Under the pieces are notes generated by a model. It saw nothing but the letters and a program-made list of their open reading frames with translations. It was not told the origin of the DNA and ran no database searches. From an uncultured Verrucomicrobiae bacterium (GTDB lineage: Bacteria; Verrucomicrobiota; Verrucomicrobiia; Chthoniobacterales; UBA10450), in contig CAWIBO010000002.1 of assembly GCA_963834385.1 (NCBI GenBank), positions 576,001-640,000 of the forward strand: a stretch of 64,000 nucleotides of DNA. Direction: 5' to 3'. Positions 45,172-53,657 of the stretch are shown piece by piece. Numbering within the stretch: position 1 is the first letter of the stretch; each line of letters opens with the position of its first letter. The position numbers were made by a program, and so were the translations under genes.

Positions 45172-48098
45172 TGCGGACGCAAAAAAACGTTTCTCGTGCG
45201 GGCGTGGCGCTCGCCATCACACTGCTTCTCCTCGCGCTCCTGGCCGTGGTGGTGGTGGCGTATCTTGGCAACACCCGCGGCGACCGTGCCTCCTCAAACG
45301 TCTACGCCAACCGGTTGCGGGCAAAGATGATGGCCGAGTCGGGTCTTTCCGCGGCCACGCATCTCCTCCAGGAACACACCCGCTACGGCAATTACATCAC
45401 GGCGATGCCGGCGCCGACCGCAAGCCCGGCCGCCACGCCGATCAGGACCGAACTCTATCGTCCGCCGAATGCCGATGATTTCCTGACCCTGACCAACGGG
45501 ATCGGCGATGCGCTCGTCTCGCTTGCCACCGGAGGCAGCGGCCCCGGGGCGGATCCAAGGCCGACTCCAGCCACGGTGACGGCAAGCGGCAGCCCGGCAA
45601 GCTGGGGCATCCCCGATCCTGGACTGACCGCCGCGAACAGTTTCGATTTCAACGAGATCGTCCGTGTGGGGTCGAACGCGAACGGGCGGCTCGTGGCCCC
45701 GGGGCTGACCGGGTCGCCTCCTCCGGCCTATGGTCAGTGGGTCAATGTTCGCAATTCAGCCGGGGAATTGACCGGCCGCTATGCCTTCTTCATTGAAGAC
45801 GAAAGCATGAAGGTGAACGTCGATGTCGCAGGAAATGTATCCAGCGCGCGACCGAATGACCTGACGACGCCGGCGCCCACGACGCCTGCGACACAGGTCG
45901 AGGAAGTTGACCCGACCGGCGTTCTCACTTCAACGGCGCGTTCCGGCGCCGCTGCCACGCTCGCGGCCGCAGGCGCTTCCGGCGCCCGTTTTGCCAGCAA
46001 GGCCACGATCGGCCTGGTGCCGCAGTGGGAGGTTGCGGGCGCCGCGCCCAGCCTGGTCGACTACGTTCATCTCATCACGGTCCACTCGCGCGATGACAAC
46101 ACGACGGCGCGTGGCTGGCAGCGGATGAACCTGAACCAGGTGGTTGCGTCCGCCGCGGCCAATAATTCCGCCAAGGCCGGCGCGGCCCAGCAGATCGCTG
46201 ACTGGATGGCCGATGCCTGGACCGGGACAACGAACCTCTCCTCCCTGCAATCGCACCAGGTTTACGGCGATCCGCGGCTGCGGCTCCAGTTTGCCGCCAA
46301 CATTGTGGATTACATCGACGGCGACAACACGCCCACGGATCTCGGGGACATCGGCGGAGTTCCGGTTATTGGCATCGAGCGAATACCCTACCTTGTTGAA
46401 GTCGACGTGATCTATACCGCCGCGCACACTTCGCCGGCGGCGCCCGGACAGGCAGTCATCAGCACCACCATCCGCTTCAACTTTCTCAACATGTTCAATT
46501 CGGATCTCACGCTGGGAGATCATGTCAGCAAAATCCGGGTCAAGGGGATTCCGGTCATCGTCAAAAATGGCGCGGTTGTTCTCGATCGAGAGGCGCAAAC
46601 CTTTGAGCTTACTGTCGGCAGCAGCACCCTTGCCAACGGGGTCATCCCAGCCGGCGGAGATAACTCAGCCAGCGGCGTGGCCGGCGTTAAGACCTTTGTC
46701 TCGCAGGCAATCTTCTCGCAGCAAGTGTCGTATGTCAGCGGAGGCTCGCCCACACAGCTGGAGGCTGGTTTGCTCGAGGTGGAGATGCTGGGGCCAGGTG
46801 ATGAGCGCCTCGACGTGGTCAAGATCGCGCTGCGTGACTTGCAGGCCCGCTACTACAACAGCGGCGGCACAGCACCCAACGATTTTCTGGAGAACCCGAC
46901 CAAACCGCTGGCGACCACTTCCATTAATGCCTCTTATGAGGGCGTGGTCGGACCGAGCGGAACGGTCGTTCCCATTTCCTACGGGGACCCGAGATATCGT
47001 CCCCAGATTCCCACCCGGCGGATGTACAACCTGACCCGAACCGACACCAACCGATTCGCGACCAGCGACGACAAGGCGGAGATCGACTCCCGCGCATATG
47101 CGGTGGATTGGTACGATTACATCGGCAATCGGCCCCTTTTGTTCTTTCGAAACGGCCCGCTCCTGAGCGTTGGCGAACTCGGATTGATCTCCAACTGCGA
47201 GTACCCATGGCGTACTGTGTATTTCCAATATGCCGGGCGTCCGGAGAGCACGGTGGACGCAAATGTGATTCCCTCGGTGCAGGCCCGGCGCGGTTCCTCC
47301 GCCGCCGCGCAGTCGAATCCCAGCCTTCAACCACAGGATTATCTTCTCGCCGACATTTTCACCACGCGCAGCGAAACGACTCGCTCTGGCGGCATTAACC
47401 TGAACAGTCAGACGCATGTCCGAAACACGGCAGGAGCGGTCATACAAGGACCCTTCAATGCGCTCATGCTGGCCACGCCCGTTGGCCCGGTTAGGGATGG
47501 AACCGGCGCCAATATTGGCGGCAGCACCCTTAGCGTTTCCGCCTCCGAGACTCTCAGTACCGGACTCGCCGCACGACGAATCGAATTTGCGCCGGCGGCT
47601 TCCGGCGGCCCCGGCACTTCGGGAAATTCCCCCATCGATAATACTCCCCGTCGCCCTTTCTTTACCATTGGGGAGGTCGCCTCGGTCCTGAGCCGTCACA
47701 TCAATCAAAACAGCATGACACCTCCCACCACGAGCGGGAACGGACGCCAGCGCAGCACGGTGGTTTATAGTCTTCTGCGCGGGACTCCCACCAATCCCAG
47801 CGAGTGGAAACGCGATTATGGAACGGATATGCAGGTGGAGGAGCCATTCCGAAAGATCAGCGACTCCATTACCACGCGGGGCAACGTTTTCCGCGTGCTC
47901 TACGTCGGGCAGGCCATCAAGGATTTGAACAAGGACGGAATCGCGACAGACAATGAAAAGTTCGCCGAGTATCTGGCGGAAGCGTTCGTCGAACGACTTC
48001 CCACCTTTGCTCCTCCGGCCGTGGTCGGAAGCTCCACCGTAATAAAAACATCCGGTTCGAGTTATCGGATCGTTGCGCAAAGGGCCGTCACGGAATGA
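45171..48098 (+). CDS. Large PilX/GspK-like tip pseudopilin (Verru_Chthon cassette A-like)
   Basis: Start at ATG 45171; G|VALAITLLLL without Glu5; AESG, GRYAFFIEDES.KVNV, IVDYIDGD, GGINLN, ITTRGNVFRV..VGQ. Confidence 0.82.
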   Translation: MRTQKNVSRAGVALAITLLLLALLAVVVVAYLGNTRGDRASSNVYANRLRAKMMAESGLSAATHLLQEHTRYGNYITAMPAPTASPAATPIRTELYRPPNADDFLTLTNGIGDALVSLATGGSGPGADPRPTPATVTASGSPASWGIPDPGLTAANSFDFNEIVRVGSNANGRLVAPGLTGSPPPAYGQWVNVRNSAGELTGRYAFFIEDESMKVNVDVAGNVSSARPNDLTTPAPTTPATQVEEVDPTGVLTSTARSGAAATLAAAGASGARFASKATIGLVPQWEVAGAAPSLVDYVHLITVHSRDDNTTARGWQRMNLNQVVASAAANNSAKAGAAQQIADWMADAWTGTTNLSSLQSHQVYGDPRLRLQFAANIVDYIDGDNTPTDLGDIGGVPVIGIERIPYLVEVDVIYTAAHTSPAAPGQAVISTTIRFNFLNMFNSDLTLGDHVSKIRVKGIPVIVKNGAVVLDREAQTFELTVGSSTLANGVIPAGGDNSASGVAGVKTFVSQAIFSQQVSYVSGGSPTQLEAGLLEVEMLGPGDERLDVVKIALRDLQARYYNSGGTAPNDFLENPTKPLATTSINASYEGVVGPSGTVVPISYGDPRYRPQIPTRRMYNLTRTDTNRFATSDDKAEIDSRAYAVDWYDYIGNRPLLFFRNGPLLSVGELGLISNCEYPWRTVYFQYAGRPESTVDANVIPSVQARRGSSAAAQSNPSLQPQDYLLADIFTTRSETTRSGGINLNSQTHVRNTAGAVIQGPFNALMLATPVGPVRDGTGANIGGSTLSVSASETLSTGLAARRIEFAPAASGGPGTSGNSPIDNTPRRPFFTIGEVASVLSRHINQNSMTPPTTSGNGRQRSTVVYSLLRGTPTNPSEWKRDYGTDMQVEEPFRKISDSITTRGNVFRVLYVGQAIKDLNKDGIATDNEKFAEYLAEAFVERLPTFAPPAVVGSSTVIKTSGSSYRIVAQRAVTE

Positions 48099-48841
48099 AA
48101 ATTACTTGTTCAGCGCTCTTTCTCCTCCTTGCCAGCACCGGCCTTACTGTTGCTCAGCAGACTACGGCGGCTGCACCCAAGGTCGTCGAGACCATGCCCA
48201 AGCCCTGGCAGATCGACGCTCCGGCGTCGCAGGACCGGATCGCCATCACCTTCGACCAAAGGATGAGTCCTGCCTATACCGCATGGCTCGGTCGCAGCAG
48301 CGTCGTGGGGGAGGTCGATCTCGATTCGATGATGAGCCCCGACCGGAAGACCTTCAGTCTCAAGGCCAATCTTCAGCCCGGCCGAATCTATGTTTTCGCC
48401 CTGAACGAAAAGAATATCCCTGGAGTCGGTTTCCAGAATGATCAGGGCTTGTCAGCTCCGCCGTTTTTTCTCGTCTTCCAAACGACCGGTGCTCCGCCGC
48501 CGGAGTTGGCGGCACCGCGGGCGGTTTCTACGCTGCCGGCGCATGACACGCAGGCGATTGACCCAGCCCGCTTGAAATCGCTTACGGTCGTTTTTGATCG
48601 ACCCATGGCTTCCAAGAAGCACGGGTTGATCATGACGGAAAACAAGAAGCCGGTCGACCTGAGCAAGGCGCCGTTTCAGTATTCGACCGACGGCAAGACC
48701 TTCACCCTGGCTTATGACTTCAAACCGTCGTCGGTCTACGAGTTCGAGCTGAACAACACGCAGAACATCGGCTTCGCCAGCGCGCAGCGCATTCCGCTCT
48801 GGCCGGTCCGGCTGACCTTTTCCACCGGCCAACCGCAATAG
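48095..48841 (+). CDS. Exported protein with two Ig-like (Big_5-type) domains
   Basis: Signal peptide; repeats PKVVETMP..ITFDQRM..DRKTF and PRAVSTLP..VVFDRPM..DGKTF; ATGA overlap with the cassette. Confidence 0.7.
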   Translation: MKITCSALFLLLASTGLTVAQQTTAAAPKVVETMPKPWQIDAPASQDRIAITFDQRMSPAYTAWLGRSSVVGEVDLDSMMSPDRKTFSLKANLQPGRIYVFALNEKNIPGVGFQNDQGLSAPPFFLVFQTTGAPPPELAAPRAVSTLPAHDTQAIDPARLKSLTVVFDRPMASKKHGLIMTENKKPVDLSKAPFQYSTDGKTFTLAYDFKPSSVYEFELNNTQNIGFASAQRIPLWPVRLTFSTGQPQ

Positions 48842-48853
48842 CGGAGCCAGCCC

Positions 48854-49612
48854 TCAGGCGCTGCGTTCGTCGGCTTTCAGGACCTTGATGGCGTCGCGCA
48901 GCTCGGCGGCGCGCTCGTAGAGCTCGCCGGCGATGGCCTGTTCCATCTCGCGCTCCATTATTTCCAGCCGGCTCAGCGGGCGTTTCGCGCTCACTTCCTG
49001 CAGCCATTCCTCGAGGAAAGCCAGTTCGGAGCTTTTCTGCGCCAGCTCCGGGAAGTTCGATTCAGTGAAGAATTCCTGAATGGTGTCGCGCCCTTTCTCG
49101 ATCTCTTTCATCGCCTCGGCAAAGCGCCCGTCCCCCAGGAGGATCGAGGCCTTGGCCCGCGTGTTCATCATGAGCACATACGGCCGGAACTGCTGGAATC
49201 CCGCCGCCAGATCCTCGCGGCTGCTGTGCTCCGCCACGAAATCAAACAGGTCGAGGTTCCGCTGGGTGTCGCGGATCACCGCCGGAAAATCGTTCAACTG
49301 GAACAGGCTCAGGTAACGATGGTAATACTGGATCCCCTCCTGTTGCAGCTCGCTGCATTGCTCCGGCGTCAGCTCGTAGTCGTCCCCACGCGCCTCCGCC
49401 CGGGCCGCCCGGCGCTGATGATAAACCAGAAGCGACTCCGCGTTATGCGGGCGCTGCCCGTCCGGGCGCCCCTGCATTTCCATCTGCAGCACGCCCAGGT
49501 CGATGCGGAGCTGCAGTTTCTCGCGGCCATCCACGCCCAGGATCTTGCGAACTTTGATCGCGCCCGGTTCATGCGGCCAGTCCTTTAAGAGAGTGCTCAG
49601 GTCGAGGCTCAT
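48854..49612 (-). CDS. Conserved protein with C-terminal UvrB/UvrC (UVR) motif
   Basis: C-terminal MEQAIAGELYERAAELRDAI; N-terminal LQLRIDLGVLQME..GRPDG. Confidence 0.75.
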   Translation of the reverse strand: MSLDLSTLLKDWPHEPGAIKVRKILGVDGREKLQLRIDLGVLQMEMQGRPDGQRPHNAESLLVYHQRRAARAEARGDDYELTPEQCSELQQEGIQYYHRYLSLFQLNDFPAVIRDTQRNLDLFDFVAEHSSREDLAAGFQQFRPYVLMMNTRAKASILLGDGRFAEAMKEIEKGRDTIQEFFTESNFPELAQKSSELAFLEEWLQEVSAKRPLSRLEIMEREMEQAIAGELYERAAELRDAIKVLKADERSA

Positions 49613-49699
49613 GGTTTGTTAGTCATGTTCGGCCACCGCGCGTTCAATTGTCAATCGCGACCGGAGATTGCCGTGGGCCCCCTTTTCGGGGAATCTGCC

Positions 49700-50593
49700 G
49701 TGGTGGAGAAGCAGATCGACGCCTTTATTCGCCATCTCGCGGTCGAACGCGGCCTCTCCCGCAACTACCAGGATTCAACCCGGCGTTCCCTCACGGAATT
49801 CGCGCAGTGGGCCGCCCAGCGCCGCGAAGTGACGCGGCCGCGCGATGTCACCCTCGCCCTGGTGAGCGAATATCTCGGGGAACGGAAACAGGCCGGCCTG
49901 GCCGCTTCCTCCATCAAGCTGGTGGCGGTCGCCCTGAAAATTTTCTTCCGGCACCTCGCCGCGCGCGGCGAAATTCCGCGCGATTGCACCGAAGCCCTGG
50001 CCCTGCCCCGCCTCGAGCGTTACCTCCCGGAAACGTTGAACGAGCTGCAGGTGGAACAGCTCATGGAAAGCGCCGATTCCTCCCAGCCTCTGGGCCGCCG
50101 CAACCGCGCCATCCTCGAGCTGCTCTACGCGAGCGGGCTCCGCATCGCCGAGCTGGCCGGGGCGCGCCTGGAGAATTTCAACGCGGAAGAGCGGATGCTG
50201 CGCGTGACCGGCAAAGGCAGCAAGACGCGCCTCGTGCCGGTGGGCCGGCGCGCCTGCGCCGCCCTGCACGATTATCTCACCGGCGAGCGCCCCGACCTGG
50301 TCCGGCCCCGCAGCGGGAGCGAAATCTTTCTTTCCGCGCGCGGCAGCAGGCTGAGCACGGCCCGGATCTGGCAAATCGTGAAGGAATGCGCCCGCCGGTC
50401 CGGCCTGGAGAAAAACATCTACCCGCACCTGCTCCGCCACAGTTTTGCCACCCATCTCCTCGGGAACGGCGCCGACCTCCGCATCATCCAGGAAATGCTG
50501 GGCCACGCCGACATCTCGACCACGCAGGTCTATACCCACGTGGACCAGCAACGGCTCAAGGCGGTGCACCACAAGTTCCATCCCCGGGCCTGA
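49700..50593 (+). CDS. xerD: Tyrosine recombinase XerD-like
   Basis: ELLYASGLRIAEL, GKGSKTRLVP, PHLLRHSFATHLL, MLGHADISTTQVYTHV, HHKFHPRA. Confidence 0.85.
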   Translation: MVEKQIDAFIRHLAVERGLSRNYQDSTRRSLTEFAQWAAQRREVTRPRDVTLALVSEYLGERKQAGLAASSIKLVAVALKIFFRHLAARGEIPRDCTEALALPRLERYLPETLNELQVEQLMESADSSQPLGRRNRAILELLYASGLRIAELAGARLENFNAEERMLRVTGKGSKTRLVPVGRRACAALHDYLTGERPDLVRPRSGSEIFLSARGSRLSTARIWQIVKECARRSGLEKNIYPHLLRHSFATHLLGNGADLRIIQEMLGHADISTTQVYTHVDQQRLKAVHHKFHPRA

Positions 50594-50648
50594 AGAAAAG
50601 CCGGGCGCCATTTTGCGACCGACGCATCCGGCTTAGATTGCGCGCCTG

Positions 50649-52403
50649 ATGAGACGACTTCTTTTCCTTGCCGCCCTCACGGCCATCGTCATCGCCGCGG
50701 TGTGGTTTTCCCTCCAGGGATCGCAGGCCCACTCGACCAAGGCCATCACCACCCTGCTCCCGCGCGACACCATTGCCCTGGTTTACCTGCCCGATTTCAA
50801 GGAGGCGCGTGACGGCTGGCGGCAGACCGATCTTTACCGGCTCTGGCGTGAACCGGCCATGCAACAGTTCCTGGCCCGGCCGCTCGAGCGCTCGACGCGA
50901 CCAGGGGAGCTCCGGGCCGCCCTGGGACGGCTCGACCAGCTCGGGCTCCAGGCCGTTTTCGCCGCGCTCATCGCCTGGGACAAGGAGGAGCCGCGGTTTG
51001 CCGCCGGTTTTCGTTTCACCGGCGATCGCGCGGAGGTGGAGCAGTTCGTCGCCTCGTTCCGAGACCCGCTCCGCCGCCGGCTCGGCGCCCCGCCGGTCGA
51101 GACGATCGATTACGAGAAGCACAAGATCGAGGTGACGCGCGGAGAGGGAGCCGATCTGCTCGCGACCGTTTACGCTGGCGACTGGTTTTTCCTTTCCAAC
51201 GATCTCCCGCAAATCCAGCGCATGCTCGATCGCGTGGACGGCCGCACGGTGGACCAGAGCACCACCCTGGCGGTGGACAACGATTTCCAGGCGGCTCTCC
51301 GCCACATGCCGCGGCGTTACGCCTGGCTGGCTTATGCGCGCGCCGATCACCTGCTCGCGCGCTTCGCCCCGAAGACGGGTCCGACCGATCTGCGCGCCGT
51401 CGCCGCCGCCCTCGAGTTCGAGGATCGGCGCATGCGCGAGACCCTGTTCGTCGGAAGGCCAAAGGCGCAGGCCGGCCGCAAGCTGCAGCGGGTGGCCCTG
51501 CCGATGGCATCGGCGGACACGTTCCTGCTGGCGACCAGTCTTTTGAACCTCGAAGACAAGGGCGCCGCCTCCGGGCTGCGCACGCTTCCCATACCTTCCC
51601 GGTTCCTCAGCGGGGTGCTCGAGGCGTTCTCTTCACTCGGCCTGAGCGCGGCGGAATGGAAGGAAGCGTTCTCGGCCGAGGCCAGCCTGCTCGGCGAATG
51701 GCAGACCGGCCTGCCCTGGCCCGGTTTCGTCGTGACCGTGCCGGTAAAAAACCGGGAGCGGGCGGAAGCGATCCTCTCCCGGATCACCTCGCGCAACCCG
51801 GAACTGCCCTGGCGCAAGGAGGAGAAAGAGAAGACCACCTTTTATTCCCGCAACCTCTCCGCGGGGCCGATTGCCCTCGCCCCCACCATCGCTCTTTCCG
51901 ACCGCATGCTGGTCATGGCCCAGGACCGGCGCACGGTGGAAAACATGCTCGCCCCGTCCGGTGAGCGGCTGACCTCGACCGCCCTTTTCCGCGCGGCCGA
52001 GCGCACTGTCTCAAAACCTGACACCAGCTTCGTTTTCATCGATCCCGCGCTCTTTTACCGGCGTCTCGATGCGACCATCCGGCCCTTCCTTCTCATGAGC
52101 GCGGCTTTCGTTCCGGCCTTGAGCGAATCGGTCGATCTTTCCAAGCTGCCGGAGGCGGAAATGGTGGCTCAATACCTCACGCCGATCACCCTTTCCCAGC
52201 GCTACGAGAAGGACGGCTACGTCACCGCCTCCGTCGGCCCAATTACACTGTTCCAAGGGGCGGCGGTTGCGATTATCGCCGCGGGCGGCGCCGCGGCCAT
52301 CATGGAGCAACTCACACCGCGCCAACCCTTTCCATCAGGTCAGTCACCCGCCCAGGCTTCTCCTGCTCCCTTGCCACCGACGCCCACTCCGACGCCTCCG
52401 TAA
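50649..52403 (+). CDS. Membrane-anchored hypothetical protein (DUF3352-like)
   Basis: N-terminal TM helix, LLPRDT motif, C-terminal hydrophobic helix and Pro tail; family assignment is tentative. Confidence 0.55.
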   Translation: MRRLLFLAALTAIVIAAVWFSLQGSQAHSTKAITTLLPRDTIALVYLPDFKEARDGWRQTDLYRLWREPAMQQFLARPLERSTRPGELRAALGRLDQLGLQAVFAALIAWDKEEPRFAAGFRFTGDRAEVEQFVASFRDPLRRRLGAPPVETIDYEKHKIEVTRGEGADLLATVYAGDWFFLSNDLPQIQRMLDRVDGRTVDQSTTLAVDNDFQAALRHMPRRYAWLAYARADHLLARFAPKTGPTDLRAVAAALEFEDRRMRETLFVGRPKAQAGRKLQRVALPMASADTFLLATSLLNLEDKGAASGLRTLPIPSRFLSGVLEAFSSLGLSAAEWKEAFSAEASLLGEWQTGLPWPGFVVTVPVKNRERAEAILSRITSRNPELPWRKEEKEKTTFYSRNLSAGPIALAPTIALSDRMLVMAQDRRTVENMLAPSGERLTSTALFRAAERTVSKPDTSFVFIDPALFYRRLDATIRPFLLMSAAFVPALSESVDLSKLPEAEMVAQYLTPITLSQRYEKDGYVTASVGPITLFQGAAVAIIAAGGAAAIMEQLTPRQPFPSGQSPAQASPAPLPPTPTPTPP

Positions 52404-52488
52404 AGCGACAGAGTGTCCCGCTTTGAGGGCCGGTGTGGCCAAAAAATATGCATGCCAAACAGCCCGAACATGGTATCGTTCCCGCCCT

Positions 52489-52818
52489 ATGGCTATTCTC
52501 AAGAAAAACGCATTCTCGCGTCGCGTCCCCGACCTCGTGACCGAGGAACTGGTGGCGGTTCTTTCCCGGCGTTCGTCGTTCGAGTTTAAGCAACTCTTCG
52601 ACATTGTGCATGAGAATCTCCGGGCCCGGAACGCGGCCAGCGGCGGTGAAGAAATGCTTCGTCTGCGCGCCTACGAAAAGCTGCAAAACCTCGTCGCCCG
52701 GGGTGCGGTGAAAAAGAATGGCAAGAAGTACAAGGGTCTTCCCTCCGCGCTGGCGCAGGCGATCGCACCCCAGAACGGGCATATCCCGGCGCCGCGCGTC
52801 GCGGTCGCGGCCAAGTAA
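52489..52818 (+). CDS. Small basic hypothetical protein, possible winged-helix DNA-binding protein
   Basis: ATG at 52489 after TGgTATCGT; helical core plus a K-rich hairpin (GAVKKNGKKYKG). Confidence 0.6.
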   Translation: MAILKKNAFSRRVPDLVTEELVAVLSRRSSFEFKQLFDIVHENLRARNAASGGEEMLRLRAYEKLQNLVARGAVKKNGKKYKGLPSALAQAIAPQNGHIPAPRVAVAAK

Positions 52819-52847
52819 CGCTCTTTCCCGCTTTCGCGCATCCGCAG

Positions 52848-53219
52848 ATGATCAAGGAATATCTCCCGATCCTGCTGCAGATGGTGGTGGCGCTCGGCTT
52901 CGCCGTCTCGGCTTTGCTGATCAGCGTTGTGCTCGGCAAAGCCGGACGGCGCACGCCCACAAAGGACAGCGCCTACGAATGCGGCATGGTGCCGGAAGGC
53001 GAGGCGCAGCCCCGGTTCAGCGTGAAGTTTTACCTCGTGGCAATGCTCTTTATCCTTTTCGACCTTGAGATTGTCTTCATGTACCCGTGGGCCGTGGTCT
53101 ACCGGGAAGCCATCGTGGAAGGGACCACCATCTTCTGGAGCATGCTCAGTTTCGTGAGCATTCTCATGGTCGGGTATGTCTATGCGTTGAAGAAGGGCGC
53201 GCTGGACTGGAAAAGATAG
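52848..53219 (+). CDS. nuoA: NADH-quinone oxidoreductase subunit A
   Basis: AYECG, FSVKFYLVAMLFILFDLE, YPWA, KGALDW. Confidence 0.95.
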   Translation: MIKEYLPILLQMVVALGFAVSALLISVVLGKAGRRTPTKDSAYECGMVPEGEAQPRFSVKFYLVAMLFILFDLEIVFMYPWAVVYREAIVEGTTIFWSMLSFVSILMVGYVYALKKGALDWKR

Positions 53220-53314
53220 CCCTCCGCCCCTTTCCCCCGGAGTCGATGTGAGCCAGATTCCGCCTCCTTTCCCGCTTGCGCCAAGACTTGCCCCTGCCTA
53301 ATCCTTAATCCCCC

Positions 53315-53632
53315 ATGGTTCATCACATCGTGCTTTATAAGTTGAAGCCGGAGGTCACTCCCGCGCGCGTCGAAGAGATGATGATGAATACGCGGATGCA
53401 TCTGCTCAAGATTCCCGAGGTCCTCAGCATCAAGTGCGGCAAACGAATCAACCCGGAACTGCCCTGGCCCTTTTTCATCGCGATCGATTTTGAGTCGATG
53501 GACAAATACGAGATCTACCGGGAAGACCCCATCCAGGTGAAATTCATGGAGGAAGTGATCAAGCCGAACACGACGGAAGCGCTGACCCTCGATTTCGAGA
53601 TGGATCCGGGCAAGGACGTCCGGTTCAGCTGA
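53315..53632 (+). CDS. Dabb (stress-responsive alpha/beta barrel) family protein
   Basis: HIVLYKLK..KIPEV..G..DFES..Y..P...DFE pattern. Confidence 0.8.
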   Translation: MVHHIVLYKLKPEVTPARVEEMMMNTRMHLLKIPEVLSIKCGKRINPELPWPFFIAIDFESMDKYEIYREDPIQVKFMEEVIKPNTTEALTLDFEMDPGKDVRFS

Positions 53633-53657
53633 CCGCGCCGATCTTCCCGCCTTCAGC

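Noticed and set aside
49700..50593. Integrase marking a mobile element near the pilin cassette
   Set aside because: Sequence is housekeeping XerD-like (C-terminal HPRA); no tRNA, att repeats, dif-like site or phage genes seen
52436..52452. Sigma-54-like TGGCC..TGCA upstream of the small basic protein
   Set aside because: GG-GC spacing is 11 rather than 10 (though it spans an A6 run); an extended -10 closer to the ATG explains the gene better
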